Assembly: GCF_009914755.1 (NCBI RefSeq)
Contig: NC_060925.1
Length of the DNA stretch: 64,000 nt
Direction: 5' to 3' (one strand)
Origin: the human T2T-CHM13v2.0 reference genome, Homo sapiens
The translations under genes and the position numbers were made by a program. Below the pieces are notes generated by a model. The model made no database searches, was not told where the DNA came from, and saw only the letters and a program-made list of their open reading frames with translations. Of the stretch, positions 27,329 through 41,300 are shown piece by piece. The stretch's first letter is position 1; the number at the start of each line of letters is the position of its first letter.

Positions 27329-30300
27329 AATCTGGTGTACCAAGTATGGACTTCTTAGTAAATCATAACTATCTGTTTAACCAAATGAGAATGCCCCCTT
27401 CCTAGACTGGGCATAGATAATAGAAACGTATGCTAGATAATACGAGGTGCATTTTAGGGCAGGTGCCAGGCATGGAGGAAAGCCCTCGAGCTCTGGAGTT
27501 ATGTGACAATCTGGGCTGTATAGTTCAATCGTTTTCGGCTCTTGCGGAAGTTGCTTTATTTTTTGAGCCTCAACTCCCCAGCTATAAAAGGGAGAAAATT
27601 ATTCCTCTCTCTTAAGGTTCTGTGAGGAAGAATGAGAGCAGCAATGTGAAAGGCACTTTGTTTTCTTGTTCCAGGCGCACAGCCACCCAGCGAGTCTCCG
27701 AGGAATGAAAGAGCTCTGTGTGCAGAGGGCCGTGGATGCATTCTTATGGTGGCAAAGGGGACAGGAACCCACTGGTGTGTGGGAAGAAGGCACTCATGGT
27801 CATAGGCAGCCATTGCTAAGCACCTTTCATATTTTATCTCATTAATCTCACAACCACCTTACAGTAGTAATAGTTCTTATCTTTCAAGACAGAAAATGAA
27901 TTATAGCTGAAACAACACAGCAAAGGTGACAAAGCTATTGAGTGGTGCAGGGAATTTCCCAGGCATTATGTAAGATTTGAGGACAAAGACGTGAGCCCAA
28001 GATGGCTCCAGAACCTGAGTGACAGAGTTTAGTGGGAGTGACAGAGTGAAAGTAAGAATGAGTGAGAGTGAGAGAGTTGGGGTGGGAGAGAGGGAGAATG
28101 GGGATGTGTATGTTCATGAATGTGCACAAGTGTGCAAATATCTGCAAATGTAGGTTGGAGGACAGTGTATGGTCACGAATCAAAATCCTTCCTAATGTAT
28201 CTGTTCAACAGAGGGTCCCAGGTAGACCCTGCCCCTGCCTTTTTTCTGCCTGGGTTGTGTCTAGCTGCAGGCAGTGGTAACAATCCGAAGGGCTTCATTT
28301 CCTTTAGGTGTTTGTGGCCTCTTCTCCACAATCCAGATGCCTTTGCACTTACACTCCACCATATTCCTCTTAGAGTCCTGTTCCTAATGGTCCCCATCGG
28401 AGCAAATACAGTGGATTCAGTCTTATCCCACCACCTTGCTCCCACATTAAAGTCCAAGCCTGAACTCAGTCCTTGTATTCTTTTGGCCCAGAGTCCTCCA
28501 TCAGTCCTTATCTCCTACACAGCATGTCCTGTCTTGCTAGGAAAAGCAGAGCTGAGATTCAATCTCAAGTCAGTTTGCTCCTAAAGTAAGCATCTTTGCT
28601 TCTAAGAAATGGCAGTAATGGGACCATACACATTAAGCAATTTTTTTAATGTACCCTTGCTGAATTCCTGGATGAACTTCTTAGGCCTGACAAGAAGGAT
28701 TTCTTGACTAATTTAGGACATTAAATAAGGATGTTTTTGGAAGAGCTGAAAAATCTCAGGTTAAAAATGACTTCTAACTAGCAAAGTATACAGCCTAGAA
28801 TCTTAGCTTGTACTTGGGAGGGATTCAGAACTCCATTACTATTTACTGAAATAAACTTCCTAAGAATTTTATCTCTACCAACTCTCTGCCACTGCATATT
28901 TCGAATTAAACAGAACTAGATAAAAAACTTGTATGGTATTATCAACTGTTTAAACACGGGGTAGGAGCCCTGGGATGAGGATGGCGATGTCTAACAATTC
29001 TTACGTGCACCCTGTCAGTCATTTTATCCATTTCTTTAGAAAGATTAAATGACCCAGAGGGCCTCTGAGAAGACTTTGTAAGGCAGGGCACACTTTTCAA
29101 TTGTATATCATTAAATGAGCCACGAAAAAAAAAAAACCTTAACAGAATAAAACAAAAGGAGATAAAAATAAGATGCCTTTTGAAAGGCAAAAACAGTCTT
29201 AAAATCAGAAATGAAAATAGAAAAAGAAAAGAACTGAAACAGAATCTATAAAAGTCAAACAAAAGCAATAGGAGACAGGAAATGTAATGCTAGGAATAAA
29301 AATTCCAAATGTAGCATAAGCATTTAAAAAAGGGTGGAACAAAATAAATGTTTACAGTAAAGAGGAAGAAGTAAAGGATTAGTGGGAGAAGAGACTGAAC
29401 TATTGAACCATGGCTACCAAGAGATATAAAGTTTACAGAGATTCCACTGAATCTAAGTTCTTAAATTTAATAACCAACAGAACAAAGACATGAAAAGAGG
29501 AAAAGAAAAACAGAAAAAGAGTGTACTAATTCACACTCCTACCAGCAGTAGGTCAGAGGGTCTGTTCCCCTGAGCTGTGCCTCTGTGAGTGTGTGTGACA
29601 GCGAGAGAGAGAGAGAGATCCTAAGAGGCACAAAAATGCATGCTGTTTCTATATTTCTCTGAGGTTTAACATCTGTCCCTCAATCTGGATGTTGTATTTT
29701 TAAAGTCGTATGTTTATGTCTTTCAAACATTTCTGTATCAAGGTATTCAACTTTTTTCTCATTGATAACGTGGAATTTCTAATAAAAAGTTGGAAATATA
29801 ATTTTATTTTCACTTACATACAAATCTGGAAAGATATCCACCAAGGTCCTATAGAGGTACCGCTGAGTGTATGTGTGTGTGTGCACATGTGCACGTGTGC
29901 ACGCATGCACAGTGGTGGCAGGATAGGCACAAAGACAGGTAAGATTCTCTCTCTCCTTAAACTGTATTTTAATATGTTGTCTCACTGTGTATGTATTGTT
30001 GCCTTTACAGTCAAAAAGCTTTTTTATCCAATAAAGAAAAAAAAATAAACAAGGAAATGGGAAATAAAGCTTTAAAACAGTGGTTCTTTACTTTTTTGAG
30101 TTATAGAATCCTTTGAAAATATAATGTATATGATAGACCTGATCTCTAGTAAACACATACACAGCTATACACATAAAGAGCTTTGCATGCAGTTTCAGGA
30201 GTTACCAGTCCTCTGGGGCCCATGAACTCCTTCCAAGAATAATGGTCTCACAGGTAGTTCTTGGGGCTGCGCTGGTTTCTGAGAACAGGCTGTGGAGATT

Positions 30301-31703
30301 AAATTCATGTTCAATTTAACAGGCTTTTATGAGATGCTTAAGAGTTGCCAGGCACCTTCTGGCACTGGCATATCATACATGGAGGTAATACAAAGATCAA
30401 TATGATATGATGTGTTCCTAAAGTGTCAAAGTCTCTTGGGAGAGACTGACTGTGCAGAAAAAAAATGGAATGCACAGCAGATGACATGTGTTATTATGCT
30501 GATAGAGAGGGACATAAAGCTATCGCAAGAAGAGATGATTTTCCACCACAGATATAAGAAAAATATCTTTTTAAAGAGTAGATGGTATCTGAGCCAGATC
30601 TTAAATGAAAGTCAGGATGCCACCAAAAAACAGACAAACAAAAACCAACAACCCCCAAACCACAATGATAATAAAAAACATGTAGTAAGAAATCAAAGGC
30701 ATTCTAGATGGTGAGAACACCATATACAGATGTAAAGGGGAAATGCAGAAGGTGTTTGGGAGCAAGAGAGCTACCTTGTCTGACTGAAGCATAGGGTTCA
30801 TTATTTAAAGAGCACTGACCATGTGGCAGGTCAATGCCAGGTGCTGGGGAGTGCAACAAGTCCTTCACTTCAAGAAGCTAACAATCTAATGGAGCATATA
30901 GATAAATAATCACTTCTCATTATTATCATTCTTTACAATAAAATATTTGATGGGAGGAAGTTAAGAACCACATAAGAGGACCAGGGTTGAGGAAGGCTCC
31001 TGGGAAAAGCATCTTCTCAGTTGATAAGGGAGATGGGAGACAAGGCTGACAAGGTAATCTGAGCTAGGCTGAGGAGAGTCTTAATATCAGGTATAATATT
31101 TTGGATCTTGTTTGGTTTTCAATCAGAATTCTAAGATGTTTGAGTAGGGGAGGTGATGTAAGGGAGTGCTTAAGAGTTTGGATTTTGAAATTATACAAAC
31201 TTGTTTGAATCCAGGTTCTGCTTCTTAGTTTCTGTGTGATTTGGGAGAAAGTTATTTAACTTTTCTCTGTCTTAGTTTCCAAATTTTATAGACTTTATTA
31301 GTTCCCATGTTTAGTATTGTTGTGATAAGTAATCATAATACTAAAATTAATAATAAAATTATTATGGCTCAGACCATTTTCCCCTATTAAAAATCTTCTG
31401 TCCCTTTACTCCATTTAGCCACTTGCCAAAAATCAAAATTTCCTTTAAAATTTAGCCCAATTTCTTCCAACATTCTACAAAAGGTTATCCCCAGGGTTTC
31501 CATTCAGTGATCCAATCTCCTTATATCTCATTTGGTTACCAAGAGTGTACAGTATACATTTAGTCATATACAGCCTTGTATTTTGCCTGGCATATGATAA
31601 GCACTTAATAAATGTCTGTTGAGTGAATAAACATGTGAGTACATCAATTGTCCTCTAACCATGTCATGAAAAGTCAGGCAACATAAAGTAGATAATGGGT
31701 ATA

Positions 31704-32642
31704 TGTAGGGAGACCCCCTGAAACTATTGTTACGGAATAAAAGATGAAATGCTCCTGATTATTGTAAATGCAAAATTGCATGCAGGATTGTGTAAAGACA
31801 ATGCCAGGTTGGGCTGCCAGAATGAGCCAACAGTGCCTGATGTGCTTCCCCCTGTAGAGAGCCTATAAATGGACATGCAGTCAGGGAGGTTTCACATCAC
31901 CAAGATTCCTATCCCAGAAAAGCAGATGATCATAGCTCTGGGAATGGAATGCAACCCTTGTGGAGAGCCTATAAATGGACCCATGAGGGGCACCTGTTCA
32001 CATGGATAAGATAGGGTTATAAACGCCCTTATCTTGCCACGGCTCTTCTAGGTCTCTTTAGGGTTAAGGCATACTCCCTTCTGAGAATTTTTGGTCTAAC
32101 CGGTTGTCTAGCAAAAGCTGGTTGCAAACAATCAGTAGAAACAGGACGTGAAGCTAGACAACCGGTTAGACCAAAAATTCTCAGGAGTATGCCTTAATCC
32201 TAAAGAGACCTAGAAGAGCCATGGCAAGATTAACCATGCTGATTAATATCTTGCTAATCATAGGTTATGGATAGACTGTGTTTCTGTTCTAAGGCTCTGT
32301 TAGAAATTGCTGATGCACACACTATATTGTAAATTCTTATCTCTGTATACTGTACTTCTGCATACTGATGTTAAAGAATTATTTCATCCCCATGTGACCA
32401 TCTCACCTCATAATCAAACAACCCTAAATCCCTCACTAACCTACCCCCATCCTCACTAAACTTAATAATAAATGCTGGTATATCCAGCGCACTGGCGGCA
32501 TCGCAGGTCCAGAAGGTCGTGACCCCCCTGGACCCAGCTTTCACTATCTTGTGTGTATCTTTTATTTCTCGACCTGCCGATCCACCTGGGAACAAAGAAA
32601 GAGCCCTGTTGCACTGCAGGCTGCTGGCCAGATCCCACAATA
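31704..32642 (+). mobile_element. ERVK-class solo LTR (MER11D/HML-7-like) with an internal inversion-duplication, intron 1
   Basis: TGTAGGGAGACCCCCTGAAAC start; perfect 6-bp TSD ggtata at 31698-31703 and 32643-32648. Confidence 0.85.
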
Positions 32643-33769
32643 GGTATACAAATCAAATAGTCTCGGGCTCAAATCCTTATTTGTTATTATTTAGCTGAAT
32701 AACCCGGGCAGTTCACTGTTCGTTCTCAGTCATTTTGCTCCATGGTAAAATGGAAGCACCACCAGATCATACCTAACTTGTGTGCCCATCATGAAGATGA
32801 AATGAAAACTGACATAAAAATACTTATGTAAGATCTATTAGTTAGTACTTAATGTTTCCCAATTGCAAGAATGTAAATTTAATTATAACTAAATTTCATA
32901 ATTTAACTCCATTTGTTTTACACCCAGAAACATAAAAATGCAAACCTATATAAAATAAAAATAAATGATGACAGTGTGATAAGAAAATCACAGGGCCAAG
33001 GATGAGATCCCAGTCTCAGTTTTGTCACTGGCTAGTTTTGTGACATTAGGCAAGTCATTTAACCCCTCTTTTAACACCTATCTTAGGAATACAACAAAGG
33101 TGCAGATCAAGCTTCTTATTCCAGATAAGGTTGAAAAAAAGCATTCCATTTTACTTCTATTAATCATGACACCAATTAACACAGACAAAAATATCTTTAA
33201 GAAAAGTCTACTCTCTCTAGCCAAAGGACCAGGAAAAGGAAAACCCAACAGGACAGAAACCATTTAGCCTTTTTACTTCTTTGTTGTGGAGGCAAATACC
33301 ATGAAAAACATTTGACCCTTCCCAACTCTAAAAGGTCCTATAGCACTGGAGTACATGGATAGTACCTTGTCTTTCAGCCTACTTTGCAATAATGAGGTAG
33401 TACCCTTCTCTGCTGAGTCTGTGAGCTGAATTGCGACTTCTATTCCTAAGCTGAAGTAAAGAAACTCCCTGCAGGAGTCAGAGGGCAAATTAGGCTTTCC
33501 AGCCTTCTTCTACAGTAATAAGGAGGTGCACTTCCCCTTGGAGGAGATATAGGCAGATCTCTGACTCTCTTCCCTCCGTAGTAAAGCATAAGCTACTATG
33601 CCAGAGGGATCCCTGTCTTCTGTTCCATCTTCCTTTTCCCCAGCTTGCACTGATGAGAATGTGAGATGGGCTCCTGTGGGAGTGGGTAATAAAAGTGGAG
33701 TAGACCAGAATAGCACTGCAGAGGCTTTATAACCTGCATTGATATTTGAACTGCCACCCACAAAAGTGA

Positions 33770-36025
33770 GCATTCAGAATCTAAATAGGCTATATGCTAA
33801 AATAAAAGATCTGTATAGTATCCAGGGTAAGTCTTATAACAAATATATAAAATGTCCAGGATATAGTCCATAATTACTCACCTTACCAAGAATCAAGAGA
33901 ACATCAATTGAGTGAGTTGACACCAACAGTGAGATGACACAGATGTTAGAAATATAGAATAATTAAATATTTAAAAGCAGCTGTTATAAAGCTTTTCCAA
34001 TAACTATGAATAGTCTCAAAACAAACAAAAAATTAGGACATTTTAACAAAGAAATAAAAGATAAAGAAGAACCAAGTGAAAGTTTTAGAACTGAAAATAC
34101 AATAGAATAAATTTTAAAATTCAGTAAAATAGCTCAATAGCAGAATGGTAATGATAGCAGAATCTGTGAATTTGAAGACAGCTCAGAAGAACATATTCAA
34201 ACTAAACAACACAGAGAAACTACATTGGAAACAACAAAAACAGAGTTTCAAGAACTCGTGGCACAACAAGAGACCTAACATTTGTGCCATCAGTATCCAA
34301 GAGTCCAAGAAAGAGAGGAAAAAGAATGTGTAGTTGAAAAATATTTGAAGAAAGAGTGGCAGAAGCTCCCTCAAACTGGCAAAAGAGAAATCTATATTTT
34401 CAGAAACCCAAACAGGATAAACCCAAAGAAAGTAGCACCAAGATCTATCATAACTAAACCTCTGAAAATTAAACAAAAACAAAAACAAAGAAAATTTCTT
34501 GAAGGAAGGCAGTGAGAAAAAGTTCATTACATATGGGGGATAACAATTCAGATGACAGTAGATTTCTTAACAGAAACCACAGAGGCCAAAAAGAAGAAGC
34601 ATAAACTTTTAAAATGTTGAATGAAAGGAATTGTCAACCTAGAATTCTATGTCCAGTGTAAATATACTTCAGAAATGAAGGTGAAATAAATACATTCTTA
34701 GATGAAGGAAAGCTAAGAGAATTTCTTGCCAGTACACCTGCACTAAAAGAATATCTAAAGATAGTTCTTCAGATCTGAAAGGATATGATAAGCTTGTAAC
34801 ATCAGAAATGAAAAAAGATAAATGAAAAGGGTAAATAAATGAGTAAATACAATAGACTATTATTCTCTTGAGTTTTCAAAATTGCATTTAACATTCAAAA
34901 GCAAAATTATAATATTATCTGATGTAGTTCTCAATGTATATAGAGATAACACTTACAACAATTATGAAGTAGAGAGGGTAAAGGAACCTAAATGGTTGCA
35001 AGATATCTATATTTCACTTGAGGTAGTAAAATTTTTACACTAATAGACTGCAATCAGCTACATCTGCATATCGTAATCCTTAGAGCAATCACTTGTAAAA
35101 CATAATACAAACAGAGCTGCTAAAAAACACCTCAGATAAATAAGAATAAAATTATTTTTAATATGTTCAAGTAATTCACAGGAAGATAGGAAAAGGAAAA
35201 CAGAGGCATAAAAAACAGGAAAAACAAAATAAATAATAAAATGGTAGACAAATCTTAATATGTCAATAATTACATTAAATATAAATAGTCTACATTCACC
35301 AATTAAAAGACAGAGATTGCCAGAATGAAAAAAAAGACCCAAGTATATGCTGCCTTCAAGAAACTAATTTCAAGTATAATAATACAAGAAGGTTAAAAGT
35401 TAAAGAATAGAAATGCATATACCATGCACATACTAATCAGAAAAAAAGTTGTGGCTATATTATATCAGATAAAGTACAGTTTAGGCAAATAAAATTATGA
35501 AGAATTAAGAGGGACATTACAGGATAAAAGGATCAATTCACTAAGAAGACATGATAATCTTAAATGTGTATGTGCAAAACAACAGAGTTTCTAAATACAT
35601 GAAGGAAAAACTACTAGAACTGAATGGAGAAATAGATACTCTCAACTGTCCTTTGAAACTTCAACATTCTTCTTTCAGTAATTGATAGAATAAGTAGATA
35701 ACAAGTCAACAAGGATATAGGCAAACCAAACAATATCATTACCCAGTAAAATCAAATTGATATTGATATCAATTACTTCACCCAACAATAATTTATATCA
35801 ATTATTCCACCCAACAATAGTCAAATACATATTTTTTCCAGCCTCCATGGCACATTTATCAAGATAGACTATATCTTGTGTCATTTAATCAACCTTAACA
35901 TATTTAAAAGAACTGAAATTGTACATAGTATGATGTTTGACCACAATGGAGTCAAACTGGAAATAATTAACAGAAATGATAACAAGAAAATCTCCACATA
36001 CTTGGAAATTAAACAACATATTAAT
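33770..36025 (+). mobile_element. Old L1M fragment (ORF1 to ORF2 endonuclease region), antisense in intron 1
   Basis: A-rich L1 ORF1/ORF2-like sequence, e.g. ...HNKRPNICAI... and a TLN(I/V)N-like EN start. Confidence 0.8.
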
Positions 36026-36990
36026 TAAATAAGGACACAGGTTTGGGGGCTTAGTTTTAACATTCTGTGGCTAATTCTGTCACTTAGTATTACCAATTGG
36101 GTATTTCTCCCATAAAGTGATAAAACTTTGTCTATCAATATTTGAGGGCAATATACAGCCATGTGTTTAAAGTACTGCAGGCATGTGCAGGGAAAGGGGA
36201 ACTACTATTTGTTATGTACCAACTATATGTCAGTATTGACCATTCACTATTTTATCTAATCTTCATAATCACTTGTCACACTGTTGTCTCTCAGCAAGTT
36301 ACCTGTGCTGAGTGGCAGGAAAACCAGTATTGGTTTCTTGAGATAGGGTTTGATGTCTGAGAGAACTTGAAAGAACTTGGTCACCAGAGTCGGGGAGCCC
36401 TGATAGGAGATTATTGTATAGAGACGGAAAGAAGCTGCATCAAGAAGGGTCCCAGGTGGTTCAGTCAGGAGTCTGAACACCGTTTGGCAAAAATTTAAGC
36501 AGAGGAAGAACATTTTAAAATTATTACTTAGTGAGAGTGCACTGCAAGGGAAGGAGGTTGAAGCTGGAGGGCTCAGTTAGTGTAGTGGGAATAACTCAGT
36601 TGAGAAATGATCAAGATTGAGGTAGTATTATCACCATTTTATGTATGGGAAATGAAGTTTCTCAGAAAGAAAGTATAGCATTTTTAAGGACAATCATATA
36701 AAAGAGGGCAAGGTAATCACATTACAAGTAAGGTGTTCCAGTAATGTTTAACATGACAACATGCAAATAGTAAACATTTAATAATATTCCATCCCTAGAA
36801 AGTGCAGGTGGAATCATGCCAGTTAATGGGTTAGGAAATGAAACTCAAAGTGGGTTTTACCAGGTTACCAGCGTTAGCCACACCTCTTCCTGCCCTTCAT
36901 CCCCCACCCCACCCACGTTGCCGGAACGTCCCTTGTGCTGCAGAACAGAGTTAGGGTCAGGACACGCTAGGCACCTTCTCCCACTCCTAC

Positions 36991-37200
36991 CAGCTGAACC
37001 TCCAGGTGCGACTGCTCGAAGTCCACAAGGAAGAAGTTGCCAAGGAAGGGCAGGCGCCAGGGCCCCGGCGGGTAGTTCTTTGGGCGCCGTCTTTTGAGAA
37101 AGTCAGCAGCGAGCAGAAAGGCGACAGTGCCCAGTAGGAGAGTCCGAGGATGGACCACTGCCCAGAGGGCAGCCGCCAGAGAGCCCATCGCCGCGAGCAT
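36991..37200 (-). CDS. CYP2J2: CYP2J2 exon 1 coding part (MLAAMGSL...HLEVQL; membrane anchor and PPGP hinge)
   Basis: ATG at 37200; 210 nt; donor CTG|gtagga at 36990. Confidence 0.98.
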
Positions 37201-37370
37201 GGCTCAGACGTCCTCCTGCTCTTCTGCGGTCCAAGCAGGCGGCGGTCCCAGCAGGCGACGGTCCCCGCCCCGCCTCGCTCCCAGCCGTGCCCCGCCTCCC
37301 AGCCCGCCCCTTCGCAGCACCCTGCGAAGATGCCAGGCGCTGGATTCCCGGGAGGACACGCACCGGTCTC
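37201..37370 (-). promoter_or_regulatory. CYP2J2: TATA-less CpG-rich CYP2J2 promoter/5'UTR with clustered Sp1 GC boxes
   Basis: GGGGCGGGG/GGGAGGCGGGG motifs at about 37263-37310; high CpG density from about 37040 to 37370. Confidence 0.85.
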
Positions 37371-37972
37371 AGAAAAGGCCAGGCTAGGAGCAGTTTCTTT
37401 TCTATTTAGAAAGCTCATGGGTTTACTGAGAGCGCCACAGACATTTGAGCCTCTGTTCGGTTCAATCACCGTCTCTCCTATGATTGGAACTGTGCCTGGT
37501 AAACAGCGATAACAACAGCAGTACCTAACATTTCTTGGGCTCTTACTATATGCCAGGCAGCACATCCGCCTCTTTACATAGATTATTATTTCATTTTGAC
37601 AAAATTATGAAGGAGAAGCTCTCGGTAGTCTCATCTTGCTGTTGAGGAAACAGAAAAGTTAAGTACTAAGTATGTGGTGAACAAATAAATCCACCCTTCT
37701 GAAACACATCTAAACGAGGTCCTGTATTTGAAAGTGTCTGGAAGATTAAAAGGCACTACACCAAAGCTGCTAGCACTGAGCAGCAGCCATAATAAGTGCT
37801 TAATTAACATTTGTTGAAGGAATGTCTTAGTTCCGATCCTTGCTGGTTTGCTCTATTAGGCTCCTCTCCAAAGCCCCAAGACTGTGGGACCTCCAGGTTC
37901 CAGCCTTTCATACCATCTGGTGAGTGCCTGCTTGGGTTTCACAAATGGTGAGACTGAAAACATGAAACATAG

Positions 37973-38312
<340 letters not shown>

Positions 38313-41300
38313 AAGAAATGAAATGAGAGTTGAAGTCTCTTGTTCTCTTTCTAAGGTCCAGAGAGAAATACTAGTCAGAGCTTAGCTTTTATCCTTCTAG
38401 TCCACATTTTCCTGTTTTACTACAGCTGTTATGCATCCATACAATATTTCTAATATTTATATATGATATTTTTACACGAATTATTCTACAACTCAGTATT
38501 ATGTGTTTGAGATTTATCCTGACTGATATATGTGGCTCTAATTCACTTAATTTAATAGATGGATAGTATTCTATTACTATGCCACAATTTATTTGCTCAT
38601 TCCCGTATCAGTGGACGTCAGGTTTGTTATATCTCTCCTTCCTTTTTATTTTTTGCATTAAAGAATGATGCAGGGGAATGACTTCCATAATGGCAGCATG
38701 AGAAACCCCACAGAACCTCTTCCTAGTAAAAAATTGTGATTGCTAAAAATTATTTATAAAACTAAAATAATTTAAGTCCCTGAAAATTGTTCTAAAGGCA
38801 TACAGTAAATAAATAAATTTTATTTAAGAAGAATCTACTAAATGCTAGTAAACACAGTAAGAGTCTGTGGCATTTGAGCCATAACTCACTCTTTCTCCTA
38901 GTCCCCAGATCAACGTGACAGAAACCCCATTCTAGACAGTTAAATCCAAGAACACTTTCCCTAGCTCTCAAATGAAGGCTACAGTATCTCCCTGAGATGG
39001 AAAAACTGCCAGCATTTCTTATACCCAGCCCCCAGAATGTCATGTTGCAGAAGCTCTATTCTAGGCAAGACTGGCTAAGAGGTCTAGGGATATCCTCCTC
39101 CATCCAGCCCTGACTTGTAAGGCAGAAATAATACCTACCCCGGGCCATAATTGCCCTCATCCCAGCTTTCTCATGAGATAGAGGTTCCACACTGGGAGAG
39201 GTTAGCCACAAACACCAGAGATGAATGCCTGAAACAATAGAGATTTTGGTGGTAAGCAATTAATAGGAGGCTGGTAATTCTATGAGAACAAGAGGATAAA
39301 CCATAGGCTAACTAGAAGTTTACCAAAGTCGGTCAGCACAAGAGTTAGCTAGGAAGAACCCTCTTGGGACCAGAACAAATCTCAAAGTCTGGCCTCAAAG
39401 ACTATTCCTGAGAAGAAGCCCAAATTTAATTGCATCAAATTTTGAAGTAATGTATGCCCCAAGGCATTGTTGAAAACAGTAGAGCAATCAGCTGGAAGTC
39501 AGCAGAGACTGTGTGTAATACCAACAGGGGCAGACAGTTTTAAATACAGAACAGAGAAAAAGTCAAAGACAGCCCTGCTAAAACCAATGTCGTTGTATTG
39601 TGACTGTGTGTACACCCAAGTCCATGCCCTCAGGTAAGTGATGTCAGAGGCTTTACACTGTGGGGAAAATATGTTTCACTAAATTAGTCAGTCCTGTCAA
39701 GTCAGTAAACAAATGAAATTACAAACAAAAAGAATTGGGAGAGAAGAGCAGATCATTAGCCATAATTGCCATAATATATTATCTAAAATGTACAGTTTTC
39801 ACCAAAAAATGATAAGACATGCAAAGAAGCAGGAAAGTGTGACCCAGCACAGGAAAGAAAGTAGGCAACTGAAACTGCCTGTGAGAGAGCCAGATGTCAA
39901 ACGTAGCAAAGACTGTAAAGCAACTTAATTATAAATATGTCCAAAGAACTAAACAAAATCATGGTGAAGAAAGTAAAGTAAGGTATGAGACAATGTCTCA
40001 ACAGATAGAGGATATCAATAATGAGATAGAAATTATAAAAAAGTGGAATTTTGAATTGAAAATTGCAATAACTGAAATTTTAAAAATCACTATAGGGGAT
40101 CAACAGTAGATGTAAAGTAGAAGAGGAAAGAATCAGTGAACTGTAAGATAGCTTGATATAGATTATGCAACATAGAAAACAGAGACAGAAAAAAAGAACA
40201 AACAATCTCAGAGAAATGTGGGACATCACTAAACACACCAGCATATATGTAATCAGAATACCATAGAATACAATGGTGAGAAAAGAGCAGAAACATATTT
40301 GAAGAAATAATAGCTGTAAAATTTCCAAAATTTCACGAAAAGCATTAATCCATGTATCCAAAAATTTCAGTGAGCTCCAAGTAGGATAAATGCAAAGGAA
40401 TCCACACTCAAATACATCATAGTAAAAATACTGAAAGACAAAGACAAAGAGGAAATCCTGCAAGCAGCATGAGAGAAATAGTTCATTCAGTAAGTTGGAA
40501 CTCCAAAAAGATTAACGGCCGACTTGTAATTAGAGAAAACGGAGACCAAAAGGCAGTAGGATGATATATTCTAAGTGCTAAAAGAAAAGAAAAAAACTCA
40601 GAAAACTGTTAACCCACTTGAGTTGTGTCCACCTGTTGGTTTTTGTGAATACTGCTGCTACAAATGAGGGTGTGTAAATATCTCTGAGATTCTGCTTTCA
40701 ATTCTTTTGGGTGTGTTCCCAGAGACAGAGTTGCTGGATCATATGGTAGTTCTATTTCTTAATATTTGTAGGAACTACCATGCTGTTTTTCATAGTGATT
40801 ACACCATTTTGCATTCCTAGAAGCTGTGCCCAAGATTTTCAATATCTCCACCACTTCATCTGTATTTGTTATCTTCTGTTATACTATTCATCCTAATATG
40901 TGTAAAGTAGCATCTTATTGTGATTTTGATCTTAATTTCCCTAATAATTAGTGATGCTAAGTATATTTTCATGTTCTGGTTGTTCATTTATATATCTTCT
41001 TTGGAAAAATGTGTATTCAGGTTCTTTGCCAATTTTTAATTGGGCTGTTTAATTTTTTACTGTTTAATTATGGGAGTTATTTATGTATTCTGTATATTAA
41101 TCTTATCAAATATATGATTTGTGAATGTTTTCTCCCTAAAAAAAAGTGTCAGCCAAGAATCTTATATGAAGCAGATGGTTTATTTTTTTTTAAATGAAGG
41201 AAAAAACAGCTATCTCCAGATTAAAAAAATACAACAAATGAGAGAATTTATTGCTAGCAGACTTTAACAAATACTTAAGAATGTCCTTAGATTGAAAGAA

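Noticed and set aside
36987-37565. 192-aa and other overlapping ORFs across the promoter
   Set aside because: Expected from stop-codon depletion in a GC-rich CpG island; no domain similarity
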